This document shows positions 60,445 through 64,000 of a DNA stretch of 64,000 nucleotides, piece after piece. The notes under the pieces were generated by a model. It saw nothing but the letters and a program-made list of their open reading frames with translations. It was not told where the DNA came from and did no database searches. The stretch's first letter is position 1. The number at the start of each line of letters is the position of its first letter. Source of the stretch: a bacterium (lineage in GTDB: Bacteria; Ratteibacteria; UBA8468; B48-G9; JAFGKM01); contig JAOAIL010000002.1 of the NCBI GenBank assembly GCA_026414725.1, positions 120,783-184,782 of the forward strand, in the 5' to 3' direction. The position numbers and the translations under genes are program-made.

Positions 60445-61673
60445 AAAGAGTTGTTATAACAGGAATAGGGTTAGTTACCCCGGTTGGAAATGATGTAAAA
60501 ACATCATGGGAAAATCTAAAAGCAGGGAAAAATGGAATAGGACTTATAAGTGGTTTTGATACCACTGAGTACCCCACAAAGATAGGTGCTGAAATTAAAA
60601 ACTTTTCTGTTGATGGAGTCCATCCCAAAAACCTGCGAAGAATGGATAAATTTGTTCAGTTTGCACTTAAAGCAACTATCGAAGCAGTGCAGGATAGTGG
60701 AATTGTCTTTTCCGAAGAAGAAAAGGAAAGAACAGGGGTGATTATAGGAGCAGGAGTAGGGGGATTAAAAGTTATAGAAGAACAAGAAGAAGTTTTATTA
60801 AAAAATGGGCCTTCTCGGATTTCCCCTTTTCTTATACCTATGCTTATTCCTGATATAGCAGCAGGACAGGTTGCAATACATTTTGGATTAAAAGGAGTTA
60901 ATTTTGCTACTGTAAGTGCTTGTGCCTCTGGTGCTCATGCACTGGGAATTGCACTTAATCTTTTAAGAAGCGGTGTAACGGACATTATAATTGCAGGCGG
61001 AACAGAATCAGCCATTACACCATTAGGACTTGCAGGTTTTTGCTCTATGAAAGCTCTTTCCACTCGTAATGAAAACCCGGAAAAGGCATCCAGACCATTT
61101 GATAAAGAGAGAGATGGATTTGTAATGGGTGAAGGAGCAGGTATTGTTGTTCTGGAAACAATGGAACATGCCCTCGCAAGAAATGCCCCCAAAATTTATG
61201 CTGAATTTATAGGTGCTGGAATGAGTTGTGATGCTTATCATATAACTGCTCCAGACCCTGAAGGGAAAGGGGCTTTTCTATCTATGAAGTATGCCCTTGA
61301 AAATTCAGGGATAAAACCAGAAGAAGTGGACTATATCAATGCACATGGAACTTCTACACCTCTAAATGATAAAAGTGAGACCTCTGCAATAAAAATGCTT
61401 TTTGGTAAAAGAGCTTATGAAATACCTGTAAGTTCAATTAAATCAATGATAGGACATCTTTTAGGTGCCTCAGGAGCAGTTGAATTTATCGCCTCTGTCC
61501 TCACAATAAAAGAAGGTATTATCCCTCCCACAATAAACTATGAATTCCCTGACCCTGAATGTGATTTAAACTATGTTCCCAATAAATCTATTGAAAAAGA
61601 TGTCAACATAGCTTTATCTAATTCATTTGGCTTTGGAGGACACAATATAACACTTGTTATTAAAAAGATTTAA
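60441..61673 (+). CDS. fabF: 3-oxoacyl-ACP synthase II
   Basis: ACASG active-site Cys, HGTSTP and GHLLGASG motifs. Confidence 0.95.
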   Translation: MKRVVITGIGLVTPVGNDVKTSWENLKAGKNGIGLISGFDTTEYPTKIGAEIKNFSVDGVHPKNLRRMDKFVQFALKATIEAVQDSGIVFSEEEKERTGVIIGAGVGGLKVIEEQEEVLLKNGPSRISPFLIPMLIPDIAAGQVAIHFGLKGVNFATVSACASGAHALGIALNLLRSGVTDIIIAGGTESAITPLGLAGFCSMKALSTRNENPEKASRPFDKERDGFVMGEGAGIVVLETMEHALARNAPKIYAEFIGAGMSCDAYHITAPDPEGKGAFLSMKYALENSGIKPEEVDYINAHGTSTPLNDKSETSAIKMLFGKRAYEIPVSSIKSMIGHLLGASGAVEFIASVLTIKEGIIPPTINYEFPDPECDLNYVPNKSIEKDVNIALSNSFGFGGHNITLVIKKI

Positions 61674-61695
61674 CAAAAAAAAGGGGGAATTGTAA

Positions 61696-62853
61696 ATGGA
61701 CTATTTTCTCACAGAAGAACAGAAGATGATAAAGGAAATTGCCAGAAGGATAGCAGAAGAAAAAATTCTACCTGTCAGAGCTGAATATGATGAAAAAGAA
61801 CAGTTTCCATGGGATGTAGTTAAAACACTTGCTGAAGCAGACCTTTTTGGTGTTTATATTCCTGAAGAATATGGTGGTATGGGATTTGGAGTATTTGAAC
61901 TATGTCTTGTAATAGAAGAGTTAAGTAGAATATGTGGAGGAATTGCTCTTGCATATGCAGGCACAGCATTAGGAACATTTCCCATACTTCTTTTTGGCAA
62001 TGAAGCACAGAAAAAAAAGTATTTACCTCCTATTGCAAAAGGAGAAAAGATTGCTGCCTTCGGTGTTACTGAATCCGAAGCAGGTAGTGATATAACCACC
62101 CTCTCTACGACAGCAAAGAAAGAAGGTGATTTCTATATACTTAATGGTACAAAACAATGGATTACCAATGGCGGAGAAGCAGAGACATATGTTGTAATAG
62201 CCGCGACAGATAAAACAAAAGGTCCTCGTGGTTTGAGTGCTTTTATAGTTGAAAAAGGTATGGAAGGATTTACTTTTGGAAAGAAAGAAAATAAATTAGG
62301 TATACGTGCATCTGCTACAAGAGAACTTGTTTTTGAGAATTGCAAAGTCCCTGCTGATAATTTACTTGGAAAGGAAGGCATGGGGTTTATTATTACTCTA
62401 AAAAATTTTGACGCAAGCAGACCAGGTGTTGCTGCTCAAGCACTTGGAATAGCACAAGGGGCATTTGAAGCATCCGTTGAGTATGCTAAACAGAGGAAAC
62501 AATTCGGACAGACAATCATTTCTTTCCAGGCAGTTCAACATATACTCGCGGATATGGCAACACAGATAGAAGCAGCGAGGGCACTAATTTATCAAACTGC
62601 GAGAACTATTGATGCAGGAAATAAGGATTATTCTGGATATTCAGCAATGTGTAAATTATTTGCCTCTGATGTAGCAATGAAGGTAACAACAGATGCTATA
62701 CAGATATTTGGTGGTTATGGATATATGAAAGAATATCCTGTAGAAAAGATGTTCCGTGATGCAAAAATAACACAGATATATGAAGGTACAAACCAGATGC
62801 AGAGAAATTTTATAGCCAACGATATAATAAAGAAATCAAAAGTCAAAAGTTAA
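61696..62853 (+). CDS. Acyl-CoA dehydrogenase (short/butyryl-chain-like)
   Basis: ACAD N/M/C domains with GVTESEAGSD, WITNG and the catalytic-Glu region IYEGTNQMQ. AAGGGGGA Shine-Dalgarno 22 nt after the fabF stop. Confidence 0.9.
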   Translation: MDYFLTEEQKMIKEIARRIAEEKILPVRAEYDEKEQFPWDVVKTLAEADLFGVYIPEEYGGMGFGVFELCLVIEELSRICGGIALAYAGTALGTFPILLFGNEAQKKKYLPPIAKGEKIAAFGVTESEAGSDITTLSTTAKKEGDFYILNGTKQWITNGGEAETYVVIAATDKTKGPRGLSAFIVEKGMEGFTFGKKENKLGIRASATRELVFENCKVPADNLLGKEGMGFIITLKNFDASRPGVAAQALGIAQGAFEASVEYAKQRKQFGQTIISFQAVQHILADMATQIEAARALIYQTARTIDAGNKDYSGYSAMCKLFASDVAMKVTTDAIQIFGGYGYMKEYPVEKMFRDAKITQIYEGTNQMQRNFIANDIIKKSKVKS

Positions 62854-62876
62854 ATTTTCTAAAATTCTCAAAAAAT

Positions 62877-63782
62877 TTGAACAAAAAATTGATATATCAT
62901 AGCAACAATAAAGAACGGATTGATATATACATAAAAAATAGATTTAATATCCCGAGAGAAAAAGTCAAATCGCTTTTAAAAGAAGGATTTATTCTTGTAA
63001 CAAATAAAGAGGTAAAACCTTCCTATTTACTAAGAAATGGTGATGAAATTCTAATAAATGAGGATGTTTTAAATCAATACAAAGAACATGAAATTATTCC
63101 AGAAAAACATCCGATTGATATCATTTATTCTGATAATGAAATAATAGTAGTAAATAAACCAGCAGGAATTATAACACATCCAACAGAAAAAATTAGAAAT
63201 GGTACTATGGTGAATTTTCTTCTGAATATTACAACTCTTTCCAACAAAAATTCTTTAAGACCAGGTGTTGTACATCGACTTGATAGAGAAACATCAGGAG
63301 TAATGGTCTTTGCAAAAACAGACAATGCTTGGGAGAACCTTGTTCTTCAGTTTAAAAACCGTACTGTAGAAAAAGAATATCTCGCTATCGTAAAAGGACA
63401 TTTTTCCCCTTTGAAAAAAGAAGTAGAATTTACTGTTTCTCATAACAGGGATAACTATACAAAAATGAAGGTTCATTACCTTAAAGGAAAAAAGGCAGTT
63501 AATATTATAGAAGTCATAAAATATTTAGGTGATTTAACCCTTGTAAAAATAAAACCACTCACAGGAAGAACACATCAAATACGTCTTGCACTTTCTCATT
63601 TAGGATATCCTATAATTGGAGATACTAAATATGGTGTAAGGTCTGACATTATAAAGAGAACCGCTCTACATTCCTATAGAATATCTTTTTATCATCCCTC
63701 AACAAAAGAAAGGTGTCAATTCAGGGCAGATGTACCTGAAGATTTTTTAAAAATAATAAGTGAAATTGACAATAAAGATTAA
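62877..63782 (+). CDS. RluA/RluD-family 23S rRNA pseudouridine synthase
   Basis: S4-like N-terminus and the HRLDRETSGVMVFAK catalytic Asp motif. The TTG start is uncertain. Confidence 0.85.
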   Translation: MNKKLIYHSNNKERIDIYIKNRFNIPREKVKSLLKEGFILVTNKEVKPSYLLRNGDEILINEDVLNQYKEHEIIPEKHPIDIIYSDNEIIVVNKPAGIITHPTEKIRNGTMVNFLLNITTLSNKNSLRPGVVHRLDRETSGVMVFAKTDNAWENLVLQFKNRTVEKEYLAIVKGHFSPLKKEVEFTVSHNRDNYTKMKVHYLKGKKAVNIIEVIKYLGDLTLVKIKPLTGRTHQIRLALSHLGYPIIGDTKYGVRSDIIKRTALHSYRISFYHPSTKERCQFRADVPEDFLKIISEIDNKD

Positions 63783-63795
63783 AAAAAGTTATAAT
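63766..63795 (+). promoter_or_regulatory. Sigma70-like promoter upstream of tRNA-Gly
   Basis: TTGACA (63766-63771), an 18-nt spacer, then TATAAT (63790-63795). It overlaps the 3' end of the pseudouridine synthase gene. Confidence 0.4.
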
Positions 63796-63829
63796 AAAAC
63801 ACTTAGTTTGCCTATTATCTTTACTGAAT

Positions 63830-63901
63830 GCGGGAATAACTCAGCGGTAGAGTGCGACCTTGCCAAGGTCGAAGTCGCGGGTTCGAATCCCGTTTCCCGC
63901 T
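63830..63901 (+). tRNA. tRNA-Gly (anticodon GCC), no encoded CCA
   Basis: Manual cloverleaf: acceptor GCGGGAA/TTCCCGC, anticodon loop TTGCCAA, and T arm GCGGG-TTCGAAT-CCCGT. Confidence 0.93.
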
Positions 63902-63908
63902 CTTTTTA

Positions 63909-63936
63909 TTGACATAAATAAATTTTTTGTTATAAT
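63909..63936 (+). promoter_or_regulatory. Near-consensus sigma70 promoter with an extended -10, upstream of tRNA-Thr
   Basis: TTGACA (63909-63914), a 16-nt spacer ending in TGT, then TATAAT (63931-63936), 25 nt before the tRNA. Confidence 0.55.
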
Positions 63937-63961
63937 ATATATTTTCATAAATCGCTTAATC

Positions 63962-64000
63962 GCTGCTGTGGCTCAGAGGTAGAGCACGTCCTTGGTAAGG
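63962..64000 (+). tRNA. tRNA-Thr (anticodon GGT), 3' part cut by the window edge
   Basis: Acceptor GCTGCTG, D arm GCTC-AGAGGTA-GAGC, anticodon stem CGTCC and loop TTGGTAA. The sequence ends inside the anticodon arm. Confidence 0.8.

Overview
AT-rich (roughly one-third G+C by eye), very gene-dense chromosomal segment read with the standard bacterial code. I support about 66 CDS and 4 tRNAs. I found no rRNA, CRISPR array, transposase, integrase or phage genes. lnt, a GT9 heptosyltransferase-family gene, secDF and yidC point to a diderm bacterium, probably an uncultivated low-GC lineage that I cannot name from sequence alone. Most of the window is housekeeping. This includes queA-tgt-yajC-valS, rplU-hflX-nrnA-truB, topA, murG-murC, era, mgtE, glnS and panD-lnt-rnc. 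It also includes the rpmH-rnpA-yidD-yidC block, surE, miaA-purB-folK-panC, hisI-secD-secF-rsmD-coaD, and a canonical rpmF-plsX-fabH-fabD-fabG-acpP-fabF operon. I see no clear novel multi-gene system such as a defence island. The most unusual loci are: (1) a PUA/EVE-like reader domain fused to a possible nuclease-like module, encoded 21 nt downstream of tRNA-Ala. (2) An exported HEAT-repeat/CBM9-like protein, a TPR/LpoB-like/beta-propeller protein and a Gfo/Idh/MocA oxidoreductase appended to murG-murC-nnrE. (3) A degenerate ApgM-family homolog that appears to have lost its metal ligands, inside the miaA-purB-folK-panC operon. (4) A translationally coupled topA / HisA-like / secreted PLD(Nuc)-like trio. 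(5) A B12-type radical SAM gene next to an FmdB zinc-ribbon protein with a Ser/Cys tail. (6) A 15-nt direct repeat upstream of a DUF523-DUF1722/photolyase operon. (7) An acyl-CoA dehydrogenase directly after fabF. All functional calls rest on motif recognition by eye. No searches or computations were run.
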